Positions 13,095 through 24,897 of a DNA stretch of 64,000 bases are shown piece by piece. The DNA is from Octopus vulgaris (taxonomy: Eukaryota), in NCBI GenBank assembly GCA_951406725.2, contig OX597815.1:196540001-196604000 (forward strand). The letters are read 5' to 3'. The stretch's first letter is position 1, and the number at the start of each line of letters is the position of its first letter. The translations under genes and the position numbers were made by a program. The notes below the pieces were generated by a model. It ran no database searches. It was given only the letters and a program-made list of their open reading frames with translations, and was not told the origin of the DNA.

Positions 13095-14024
13095 TATATA
13101 TATATATATATGTAGTGAGAGAGAATTTTGTTTTTGCACAGCTCACTATATTTACTATATCGTTTAGCATATTTATAGACATTTTAACTTGATTGACAAG
13201 TACACTATTTATTCGTTTTTCTACATTCGTCAGTAACCCCAGGGAGATAAATATGCCAAAAAGGTTACAAACGCCAAAATATATACCAAATTATGCATAA
13301 AACTTAACTTGTCGAGGATTTTGTCAATAAATAATGGTTGTCTTGACAAGAATTGATGGATTTTATTATCCGAACCAGTCCACTTATATATTGTAATATT
13401 CTCCTGATCCTAAATTATGTATAAAAAGAAAAAGAAAACTTCGCTTCTATCAATGGCACAGTAATCATTTAAAGGCGTGAAAGGAAGAGTTGTCAATTGT
13501 GTTGAATGTTGTGTGCCTCGCGCTCATTTATTTCAAAATTCTATTGTGATTTGTCAGTCCAATTTTTGTGGAATTTTTACTCTATGTTTTGGATTATTGG
13601 CAAAAATATTTTTCAGGATTCTTATATGTGAAAAGCGGATTATGCTATTTAAGGTGTATGTAAAATGTTCAATTAATTTCCCTTGGTTTAAATAGACGGT
13701 TCACTTCTTTGCATTATCCTTTACTGTGTTCTACTTTCTAGGTTTGTTTTTACGTCGTTAGAATTATTTATCAATAATCACCTGATTTACCTGGAAAATG
13801 TGATAGAATTTTTGAATGGCAAGATTACTAAATCGATTTTAATGATCGTGATGATCCTTTATATAATCCTTTGTTGTTAGATTATTTTTATTGGCTTATG
13901 ACCAGAAATGTCCTCGAGATACATTAGAACTGGTAATAAATTCTTTGAATGAAAGCTTCATACTTCGTAAAGTCGCCTTATAGGAATAAACTATAATAAA
14001 CTATAAAGTAATTTTATGAGAGTA

Positions 14025-14362
14025 GTGAAGGTGCATGGCTCAGTGGTTAGAGCGTCGAGCTTACGATCGTGAGGTTTTGAGCTCGAATTCCAGACCGGGC
14101 TGCATGTTGTGTTCTTGAGCTAGACACTTTATTTCACATTGCTCCAGTTCACTCAGCTGTAGAAATGAGTTACAATGTCACAGGTGCCAAGCTGTATCGG
14201 CCTTTGCCTTTCCCTTGGTTAACATTGGTGGCGTGGAGAGGGGAGGCCGGTATGCATGAGCGACTGCTGGTCTTCCATAAACAACCTTGCCCAGACTTGT
14301 GCCTGAGAGGGTAACTTTCTAGGTACAATTCCATGGTCTGTGTCGTGACCGAAGGGGTTCTC
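14025..14362 (+). mobile_element. tRNA-derived CORE-type SINE (group C)
   Basis: Head tggctcagtggttagagcgtcgagcttacgatcgtgagg, then CORE-like gtgttcttgagctagacacttta...ccagttcactcagctgtagaaatgagt. Imperfect flanking repeat aattttatgaga / aattttaagaga. Confidence 0.85.
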
Positions 14363-15009
14363 GGAATTTTAAGAGATTACAACTGAACTGTCGGGTGATA
14401 TCTCATTTAATATAGACATGAGATCGAGGGCTTTATTTTAAGACAACATATTTAAGCCTGGAGAACAGGTAACATACTATAAATAGTCTTTACAAGTAAC
14501 TAATGAGAAAACTGCACGGAAATGTGTCAGGATACCTTTAGAAAAGAAGGACACATACTTTAAAAACAATAAAGTATTTTGAGCTTATGGAAACCAAGGC
14601 CCAAATATGAATGTCGCTGATGACATTATGTGGAGGGCCGTCGTGAAAACGTAAATATACCTAGGAAAATATGTCTTTACACAGTGAAAAGACCACATCC
14701 TGAGAAAAGTGTAGACTTCAGGAAATAAAGTACATTCAAGTGATGCACCTAACAACAAACAAATAGCACCTATATGTGTAGATGTGCACGTACATACAAA
14801 CATACATATATGTGTTTGTGTGTGTGTGTATGTTTGTAAGTAAATTTCTATTTATACTATATATCATCTACGAACGTATGTGTTATAAATATACCAAGAC
14901 CGTGCTATATATTGTGGAGATTCTGTAACAATGTCATAAGAAACATTTGGTGTTCTAAGTTAAATTAAAATGGCGAAGCATTCCTGTACACTGCGTATTG
15001 CACAGATCT

Positions 15010-15213
15010 CCGCCGGGCGAAATGCGTAGCCGTATTTCGTCTGTCGTTACGTTCCGAATTCAAATTCCGCCGAGGTCGACTTTGCCTTTCATCCTTTCGG
15101 GGTCGATAAATTAAGTACCAGTTACGCACTGGGGTCGTTGTAATCGACTTAATCATTTTGTCTCTCCTTGTTTGTCCCCTCTGTGTTTAGCCCCTTGTGG
15201 GTAGTAAAGAAAT
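15010..15213 (+). mobile_element. SINE group D (Meta-domain-like)
   Basis: gttcaaattcc-type B-box followed by gcctttcatcctttcggggtcgataaattaagtacc, which resembles the MetaSINE central domain. Several copies occur in the window. Confidence 0.85.
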
Positions 15214-18200
15214 ATATTTATTAATTCTCATGTTTGTGGAATAAGAGAGAATTGAACATGAACTTACATTGTTTATAATAGTATAAGCTACGGTAAAAAA
15301 TTGCTGGTACTATCAAAACGAAATGTCGTTTTCTACATTTCGTTTGAGCTAAGTGGACAGAAAAAATATATAAATAAATAAGTGAATTGTATTTACAATT
15401 TCCTTCAAAGCAAATACTGGAAACATATTCAATTGTCGATATATATATATATATACACACACATTTGTGTGCGTGTGTAAGCATGTATGTATACGTGTAC
15501 CTGCATGTGCGTGTGCTTGTGTGAGAGGGATGTTTGTGTGTGTGTATATATGTGCATGCGTGCGTGTGCTTGATTGTCTGTGTTCGTATGTATGTATTAT
15601 GCGTATCTAGTAGTCGTTTAATCTATTTACCTATATAATTTCGATCTGTTGCTCGTCTATCTGTGCATTTCTTTAAACGTTCTCTGCCCGTTAATATCGA
15701 AATTACCGTTGAAAGATTTTCTTTTATGTTTATAGTTTTAGGCGAATCCTCAGAATGAAATCCGATAGAAATCATGCATATCAAGCAACAAATAAATTGA
15801 AAAAAAAAAATCGTATTTGTAGTCTGCTGACCTATATCCATACTGTCACGAGCAAGAGTGCATGTAGTCATATACATTAACATCAAAAGTACACAATCGT
15901 GTATATGCATATACTGATGCGTAATCAGGAAGAAATCTAAAATCACGTACTGTACATGGAGCCCTATATATTTTCTTTTATTTGCCTATGTAGTAATGTA
16001 TGGAGTAAATACACACATGTGTAAAACTATAAATATCTGTGCTGCCAAAATCTGAAATTATGCATATATGTGCTTATGTATGTTTCTTTTATGTGTTCGA
16101 AATTCAAAGTGTGCTGCTGCTGCTGCTGTGTTTAGGGATTTCGTTTGATAGGATCGAAAAAGAAAAATCGATGTAGCGATTACTTTAATTAGAAGAGGAA
16201 AAACAAAAACAAAAATGATGCGGTGTTTATTGTAAAAGAAAGACAGTTCATGCTGAGTTATAAAGAATAGTAGAATAATGTCAATGAAAGAATAGATAGA
16301 ATATCTTTGCGATGTGATGAAAAGATAAAGATAAAAGATAAAGAGAAACATTGAGATGGCGTATTGTTCTTGCTGCAGGGGCCGAGATAATTCAATACTA
16401 TTCGATAGGTATTTGAAAGCAAATATATAAATGAATATATTATAGAATAGTTCTAATGTGTATTATGATAATTTTAGTTGTTGAATACTTAATATTGGGC
16501 CATTTTCAAAAATTTCGTTAATCATCTATGAATCACTCACTTCGTGTAAATCGGACTAACCTATTGAACAAACTTTCTAAGCTTAATGAAAATATCGATA
16601 CTCATTTGTTGTATTTTACTACAAGGACATGTATGTTCGTATTCTGTTTCAAGGAGATTCAAAATAGTAATATATTTGTTTCTATTTGGGTTTTGCATGC
16701 CTGGGTCCCTTGAATGTAGAGTACATAGTCTACCAGAGTGGAAAAGTCCTGAGTTTTCTACTCCGAAATATATTTTAAGGTAGTGATGCAAAAGTAATGA
16801 AAGGGAAATTGTGCTTTAATTAGACGTACAGGAAACTTGGCCATACGTGGCTATAATATTAATTACCGTACCATAATTGACATTTCTAATTCTCACCTGC
16901 ACTATGGTGGCACTATATCTATTGATGTGCGCACGAATAATTTACGTGAACAGGAAATATTGGTAATTTTATTGCGGAGATTTAATGACTTATTCTGCTC
17001 TACTTTTAAGGAAGAAGAAAAAAACGTAGCTGAAAAAATCGGAGTGATCACAGTTAATGTAAAGAAAACTTCAAACTAACACGTGCTTCCATAATCAACC
17101 TGCAACATACTGTCTAAAAGAAGATCACGTTTAATGTTGGTTTTTCTCATTGACGTAATTTTTTTTTTGTATTTAATTTTCTGTTGGTTTGTACAAGTAA
17201 TATGTTGAGGAGGAAAGAAAACGTGTTCAATATGTCTCAAACGTGACTCTCAGTTTCATAAAGTATACAGTTAACAGTTAAACATAGTTATTTCGTAGCA
17301 TTAAAATTCTTCTAAAACATGTTAGTTATCGATTAGTATGTTTGTATTTCCGACTGGAAGTAATATTTTATTAGTGTTCGTTTAAAATTGATTCAATTGG
17401 GTATTTAGTTTCTTTGCGACTGGTGTAATTATAGTGTAAATTATGTTACTGCGTTGTTCAGCAAGTTTTTGTAAGCTAAATGATTATACAATATCGACTA
17501 GCAATTGTTTCGTGTTATTAATTTCATTTATATTCATGATTTCGCAAAAAGAAATATACAGCCACTTGAGTGTGAGAATTTGTGGATGAAATTTATGACT
17601 AAACCTACATTTCGTAAACAGTCAAACATTTTTTTATCAATAGCAAGAAATTCTTTCTCGTACAACACACACTACTGACTAAAAACGCAATCACATATCT
17701 TATGTTAGGTACGAAATTAATTTTTGTTTATGATTGAAACTTCCTTTCTTGTGGCCACGCCCACTCAAAGATGACATGTGACAACAGAAGTCGCAATAGT
17801 CATGTACTAGGTTTCTTTGATTTGTATTGATTCAGTGTATAGTTGTTAATCCCTTGACCATTTAATAACATCATAGAATGGCTCCAGAGCACTTGGATAG
17901 TTATATAAATGATACTGTATGCTTAGGTATAGGATGCGTTTCATTTGACATATCCTTCATTGCGCTTTTGAATTCCAATTTATTGAATTAAGTTGAATAA
18001 TACGGTAACTAAGTCCATTGTACATCACTTGGATTGGTAGCTTCGAATCAGGTCTCCTCACTTCAGTTTCTTCTTCCTACTTCATTTATAATCAAATTTG
18101 GTGTTACGCGGGTTCTGATTTTGTGCACTACTTTCTGGTTCGGTACATTAAATTACCTGCATGTCGAGACATTCAACAATTCCACTCTGATGCACCGGCA

Positions 18201-19646
18201 TAAAACTTCATTCCTCCCTAGCTTTCCCAAATATTGATCGTGCATAAAAAACTAAGCATCGTACAGCAATTCCACATTGATTCCATAAGCACAAACCTTG
18301 AGAGATTCCTCCATTTGGATTGTGAAAAACTTGTGACATATGAGAGCAAAAATCTAAAGCAATATTAATAATTTTTTAAAAATCACTGCAACACAAGCGA
18401 CATTCCTTACAGGCCGCAAAGTTGCTCTCAATGATGGGCCTCAGTCACAACGGGATATATTCTCGAGGAAGCGTATTATTAGTATAGCTACGACCGCTTT
18501 GAAATGATTACCCCTAATCTTCACCACCAGAGAATAATTCAATTCAGAATAGATCCAGATTCTCATTAAAGATCGGGTATGAATCACAAGAAGGTTTAAC
18601 ATCTATATCTAGGATGTTACGGATGCTAGAGACACGGACATCTTGGGAAGTAATTAAAAAGGGCCACGCACACGATGCGAATTCAATCACAAGCGATGCA
18701 AATTAACATCTGGCGCTCGGACGTGCTTTTCTAGTCACATCACTGTCCCTACTACAATGACATCTCCTACAAGGAACTGGCTGGTCTCATAAGCCCACCA
18801 CTCACGTACAACCGACCAATTTGTCTCTCTATTTCTTGTCACGTATGTTGCCTCCCAAACCCCTTATCTCGCCATAACGTCTTTGTTTAATACGTTTTGC
18901 CAGAACATGGAATATTTTTAATATAGTATATCATATGCTTCTTGCAGTTGTTGAGCTGTAAAGGTTCGGCGGTTTCGTGGTGGTATGCAAAGTTCATTAG
19001 CACTTTCCCTTCCGGCAGGCTCACTAAATAAACGATGTGCAGCTCTATCACCAAGGACTTTTGATACGCTAAATCACAGTCACATTCAATACAGTAAGTA
19101 CAAAACAGATACGAAAAGTAGGTTTATTTATGCGTCAATTTATACAGAAAATAGTTTAGATTTCGGAAAGAGTTTACAAAATTATGACACTATAATCAAA
19201 TTTATAGGAATTAGATCAGTACAAGATTATCTATGTAACATTAGTTTACCATAGATTCATTCTACATTAACTCACACACAAAAAGAATAAAACATACGCT
19301 GAAATATTATTTACTCTACATATAAATCGATGTAAAATTAAAGTGTTACCCTCTTATTTTCTCTCTAGAGATAGGAATCAAAGAGAAAACCTGAGGTAAT
19401 AGCTAAAAATTTATTTCGAATATTGAATTGATAAATTGATCATACATGTTTAGGAAATCTATATTTGTAAATCCTTTTATGTGCATATGTTAGGAATATT
19501 GAGATATAACTCTAGCTGAAAGTACTTTAATGCTTTTATGCACACATGCACATACACATAGACAAGAACGTATATAGGCATGGATGTATTCGTTATACAG
19601 TATCATTTATGTATAAGTATATACATACATACATATATATTCATAC

Positions 19647-19712
<66 letters not shown>

Positions 19713-19718
<6 letters not shown>

Positions 19719-19975
19719 TTTATAGAAGGAGCTTCTACAGGACTAGAACTGTTTCATTCAAAAGAAATCATCAGGAAGCTTGGTGACAAGAATAGTTTTG
19801 GCATTTATACATTTAGGCAGATTTAAAGTGGAGGTGGTGGTGGGGGACTTTTTGGGTAGGCATGGCGCAAACTGTCTTTCTTAGGGGTGTGGTCAAAAGA
19901 ATCAGTGATAAAGTAGATAAAAGAAAAATAGAATAATAGAATAGAGTTTTAGGTAAATAAGAAGACTATCGCTTA
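19713..19975 (-). mobile_element. PLE pseudo-LTR fragment A' (inverted partner of 24461-24718)
   Basis: Near-identical reverse complement of 24461-24718, flanked by (TA)n and containing a hammerhead. Confidence 0.88.
19730..19780 (-). ncRNA. Type I hammerhead ribozyme
   Basis: Exact reverse complement of the motif at 24652-24702. Confidence 0.85.
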
Positions 19976-19985
19976 TATATATAAA

Positions 19986-20366
19986 CTAGCAGTATCGCCC
20001 GGCGTTGCTCAGGTTTGTAAGGGAAATAACTATAAAGCATTTTTAGAGAGTTATAGCCAAAAAATAGCAAAAAAATGGAAAAAAAATTATGGTAAATTTT
20101 TTTTTGAGAGTAAAAAAAGGTTGAGTTGCGTCCCCTAGACAGTCTGTGGTTTGTTTTTTTTGATTCTCGACCCCATGTCGAATTTATCGATTTTTTTCAG
20201 AACTGGGGTTAACTTTTCAAAATTTTCGCTGCGTTAGTTTTGAATTATGACATTGGGCTATGTGTGTGTCAAGTTTCATCAGAATCGGTTGAAAGCCGTG
20301 GTCAGGGTGAGGGTACGAGAAAACAGACACACAGAAACACGCACAGACAAACTGCCGTTTATATAT

Positions 20367-20371
<5 letters not shown>
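19986..20371 (-). mobile_element. Non-autonomous Helitron-like element, subfamily 2
   Basis: 5' TC, 3' hairpin plus CTAG. Homologous to 51306-51686. Confidence 0.85.
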
Positions 20372-20416
<45 letters not shown>

Positions 20417-20424
<8 letters not shown>

Positions 20425-21108
20425 ATATTTCGGAATGGTCATATTGCCAGTTTAGCCAATAAAAACACATGCACTATATATTTGGTGTTATTTTGCTTCA
20501 GTGATATTTATTTTTTACATAAATCTTAATCTTATTTCGGCCAAAGTTCTTTCGTCACACTCCTGTGACCGCATCAGTGGTCCTTTGTTTTCTTCTCACT
20601 TACTTGTGTCTCTCCTTACTAACCGTCAGAAATGCAAAGGTCACAGCAGGTATGGCCTCCTGTGTACGAACGCGCCCTCTGTAGTAGTCTCCACTTGATC
20701 TTGAAGGGGATGGAGTTCCTGTTAAGGTACCAGATCTGTGCGGCGAGAGTAGTCTGGTTAGATTTGTCAGGTCGCCGGAACGAATGTGTGTGGGAATACC
20801 AACGTGTTTGTGTTCGTGAATGTTTGTGTTCGTATCGGTGGGAAGACGGTTAGTAAGGAGAGACACAAGTAAGTGAGAAGAAAACAAAGGACCACTGATG
20901 CGGTCACAGGAGTGTGACGAAAGAACTTTGGCCGAAATAAGATTAAGATTTATGTAAAAAATAAATATCACTGAAGCAAAATAACACCAAATATATAGTG
21001 CGTGTGTTTTTATTGGCTAAACTGGCAATATGACCATTCCGAAATATAACAATATCTGTTTCAACACACGACTTCACATAAGAAATGTTGCACAACAAAT
21101 ATTTAAAC
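20417..21108. mobile_element. PLE-type fold-back block B: ~210-bp inverted arms around a GIY-YIG-coding spacer
   Basis: 20417-20627 is the reverse complement of 20845-21055. The spacer 20626-20846 is an inverted copy of 21615-21835. The block lies between (TA)n tracts. Confidence 0.9.
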
Positions 21109-21109
<1 letters not shown>

Positions 21110-21149
<40 letters not shown>

Positions 21150-21378
21150 CAGACATACATACATATATATATATGCGCCCATATACATACATATACGTAC
21201 ACACCCATACACATTCTCATACATACACACATACATATATCCATACACTCACATATATATGTATATATATATATACAAATACACACACATACATGCCCAC
21301 ATGCAAGCACACGCACACATATATCTACACACATATATATAAAAAAAAGAATATACACCCCCATACACACACGCTCAC

Positions 21379-21411
<33 letters not shown>

Positions 21412-21645
21412 TATATATATATATACATATATACATATATATACATATGTATATACATGCACACATATACACACACATTTCTTCCCTTATTTTATTTTAT
21501 TTTTATTTTTATTTTGACCTCCACTTACCAGGCCGGCACTGAAGTAAGACCCTCCCGAGGGAGCTAGCCGGCCTAAAAAAACCTTTATTGCCCCTCTCCC
21601 TTCCTTTCTATCTTTCTTCCCACCGATACGAACACAAACACTCAC
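21110..21645 (+). mobile_element. Inverted arm C (degenerate CA/TA microsatellite plus HHR-like hairpin)
   Basis: Reverse complement of 23895-24440, including irregular microsatellite interruptions. Confidence 0.88.
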
Positions 21646-21656
21646 GAACACAAACA

Positions 21657-21959
21657 CGTTGGTATTCCCACACACATTCGTTCCGGCGACCTGACAAATC
21701 TAACCAGACTACTCTCGCCGCCCAGATCTCGTACCTTAAAAGGAACTCCATCCCTTTCAAGATCAAGTGGAGACTACTACAGAGGGCGCGTTCGTACACA
21801 GGAGGCCATACCTGCTGTGACCTTTGCATTTCTGAGAGCCTGGAGATCTTGTTCGCCAATGGCCCTCTCCTCAACAAGTTCTCGGAACCCTCCCCAAATT
21901 GTATGCACAAAATTTATGCAAACTACAAAAACTACAGACCCACCCGGCAACCCGATTGA
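21657..21959 (+). pseudogene. PLE GIY-YIG endonuclease C-terminal half (Naiad-like), 5'-truncated
   Basis: RWYSHTHSFRRPDKSNQTTLAAQISYLKRNSIPFKIKWRLLQRARSYTGGHTCCDLCISESLEILFANGPLLNKFSEPSPNCMH fits the pattern R..xH..SF..T.L..IW.LK..I.W..C.LC..E..LLNK..E..C.H. Confidence 0.85.
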
Positions 21960-22019
21960 CGACCCCCTCCCACCCCCACCCCACCGTTCCCTCAGCACCC
22001 CCAATTACCTTCTCTCCTA

Positions 22020-22985
22020 AGACTATTCACATATATATGGGCGTAGGCATATGTGCGTGTGCGTACGTATATGTATACGAGTGCATATACGTATATGTAT
22101 GTGAATGTATGTGCTACAGTGTATGTGCATGTGTATGTGAAGGCGTGCATACGTGTGCATGTGTATATGTGTACATGGTTTTGCATGTGTATATATATGA
22201 GTGTGTATGTGAATATATATATATATATATACAAATGTATATATGTGTGTGCGTATTAATATGTGTATATATGTGTATGTAGATGTATGTGTATGTATAT
22301 GTACATATATGTATTTATGGATATGTATGTGTATGTATGTATGTATGTATATGTATGTGTGTATTTGTATATATGTGTGTGTGCATATGTGTGTACATAT
22401 ATGTGTGTGTATGTACTAGTGTATGAGTCTGTGTGTATACGGGTATATATTTACGTGTAGGTATATGCTTGTGTATATGTTTATGGGTGTGTATATGTAC
22501 ACCTGTATATGTATATATATGTGTGGGTGTAAGTATGAATATACGTATGTATGTGTGTACGTGTATTTACATAAGTATGTATATTTATATATGTATATAT
22601 ATGTGTATAAATATGTATATATATATATATATATATGTACGCTTGTGTGTTTTATGTATATATATGTATGCAGATATATGTATGTATGTATCATATGTGT
22701 AAATATGTATATATGTGTATGTTTATATGTATGTATATGTATGTCTGTGTACAGGCGCGCGTATATATATGTGTAAGTATGGGTAATTGCACGTACATAT
22801 ATTTATTATTTGAGTATGCATGTATGTATATATGTATATGTTTGTATGCATGTATGTATTTATGTATATATAGATGCGCGCGTGTGTGTGTATGTGTATG
22901 CATATGTATATACATAGGTATACATTTATGTATGCGTATGTGTATTGGTGTATATATGTGTATATATGTGTATATGTGTGCGTTC

Positions 22986-23034
<49 letters not shown>

Positions 23035-23365
23035 TATATATGTGTGTGTATATGCCTGTATACCTCTGTGTGGATGTATGTATGTATATGGGTGTGCGTA
23101 TGGACGTATATGTATGTGTATGTAGGTACGTGTATATGTATATGTATGTGTGTATATGTATGGACTTGTTGGGTTCCTTTTTTATATATGTAGATAGATA
23201 TGTGTGCGTGTATATGCGTAGATATGCGTATGTGTATTAGTATGTGCATGTGTTTATATATGTGTATGTATATGTATAGATATATATGGATGTATGTGTC
23301 TGTAGGTATGTATATGACTGGTGTAAGTATATATGTGTATGTATATGTAGGTATATATGTACGTG

Positions 23366-23416
<51 letters not shown>

Positions 23417-23894
23417 GTATATATATGGACTAGTTTTCTGTGTGTGTATAGATGTAAGTATGTGTATGCGTGTAGATATGAATTTGTAGGTACGTGTACG
23501 TATGTGTATATACGTGCATGTATGTATATGTATGTGTGTAGGTAGGTATATGTAGGTATGCTTTTATGTACACGTGTATGCGTGCATGTGTGCTAATATG
23601 TACTTAAAAGCGTATGGATGCGTATATATGCGTATGTATGTTTATATGCACAAATGTCTGTATATAGGCATATGCGTCTATATATGCGGGCAGATGTTCA
23701 TGTGTGTTTATGTGTACTGAAGTACATTTTTATATGTGGTTTTGTGTGTACATAGTTATGTGTACGTTTATGTGAAAGTCGGTGCACTTATGTATGTATG
23801 AATATGTGTACTTGTGTGTGTATATGTATGTGTATACATAGAACACGTGCGTTTGTGTATGTGTATGAGTGCGCGTGTGAGTGTGTGTGCGTGT
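22020..23894. repeat. ~1.9 kb degenerate purine-pyrimidine alternating (TG/TA/CG) tract
   Basis: Directly visible. It fills the centre of the large palindrome. Confidence 0.92.
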
Positions 23895-24264
23895 GTGAGT
23901 GTTTGTGTTCGTATCGGTGGGAAGAAAGATAGAAAGGAAGGGAGAGGGGAAATAAAGTTTTTTTTTAGGCTGGCTAGCTCCCTCGGGAGGGTCTTACTTC
24001 AGTGCCGGCCTGGTAAGTGGAGGTCAAAATAAAAATAAAAATAAAATAAAATAAGGGAAGAAATGTGTGTGTATATGTGTGCATGTATATACATATGTAT
24101 ATATATGTATATATGTATATATATATATGTGTGTGTGTGTATATATGTGTGTATATATATATGTGAGCGTGTGTGTATGGGGGTGTATATTCTTTTTTTA
24201 TATATATGTATGTAGATATATGTGTGCGTGTGCTTGCATGTTGGCATGCATGTGTGTGTGTATT

Positions 24265-24314
<50 letters not shown>

Positions 24315-24414
24315 AGTGCATGGATATATGTATGTGTGTATGTATGAGTATGTGGATGAGTGTGTACGTATATGTATGTATATGGGTGCATATATATATA
24401 TGTATGTATGTGTG

Positions 24415-24440
<26 letters not shown>
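23895..24440 (-). mobile_element. Inverted arm C'
   Basis: Reverse complement of 21110-21645. Confidence 0.88.
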
Positions 24441-24460
<20 letters not shown>

Positions 24461-24464
<4 letters not shown>

Positions 24465-24787
24465 TGATAGTCTTCTTATTTACCTAAAACTCTATTCTAT
24501 TATTCTATTTTTCTGTTATCTACTTTATCACTGATTCTTTTGACAACTCCCCTAAGAAAAACAGTTTGCGCCATGCCTACCCCAAAAAGTCCCCCCACCA
24601 CCACTTTAAATCTGCCTAAATGTATAAATGCCAAAACTATTCTTGTCACCAAGCTTCCTGATGATTTCTTTTGAATGAAACAGTTCTAGTCCTGTAGAAG
24701 CTCCTTCTATAAAATAAATTAATTTACTCTGCTATGTATTGAGTACCTTATTTACTGTGGTTAACCCCGACTCAACCCGGGACCTAC
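24461..24787 (+). mobile_element. PLE pseudo-LTR fragment A with hammerhead, ending in (TA)n
   Basis: Mirrors 19713-19975 and has an extra ~70-bp 3' overhang before (TA)n. Confidence 0.88.
24652..24702 (+). ncRNA. Type I hammerhead ribozyme
   Basis: agcttc [CTGATGA] t-ttc-tttt-gaa-t [GAAA] cag-ttctagtc-ctg [TA] gaagct. Stem I is 6 bp, stem II is 3 bp with a U-U closing mismatch, stem III is present, and the cleavage triplet is GUA. Confidence 0.87.
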
Positions 24788-24897
24788 ATATATATATATA
24801 TAAACTGTAAAAACGGACAAAGAGGAGGGGACGGAACGAAGTGAGAATTCGAAAAATCGAAAATTCAAACGAACCCGACGCGAAGCGCTGTCAGACA

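Noticed and set aside
18000-18900. GC-richer block possibly an ancient minus-strand LINE
   Set aside because: Only a faint GINVELLYDA similarity, too weak to call.
21657-21959. Selenoprotein-type Naiad element (UGA recoding)
   Set aside because: There is no in-frame UGA at a Cys position in the fragment and no recognisable SECIS.
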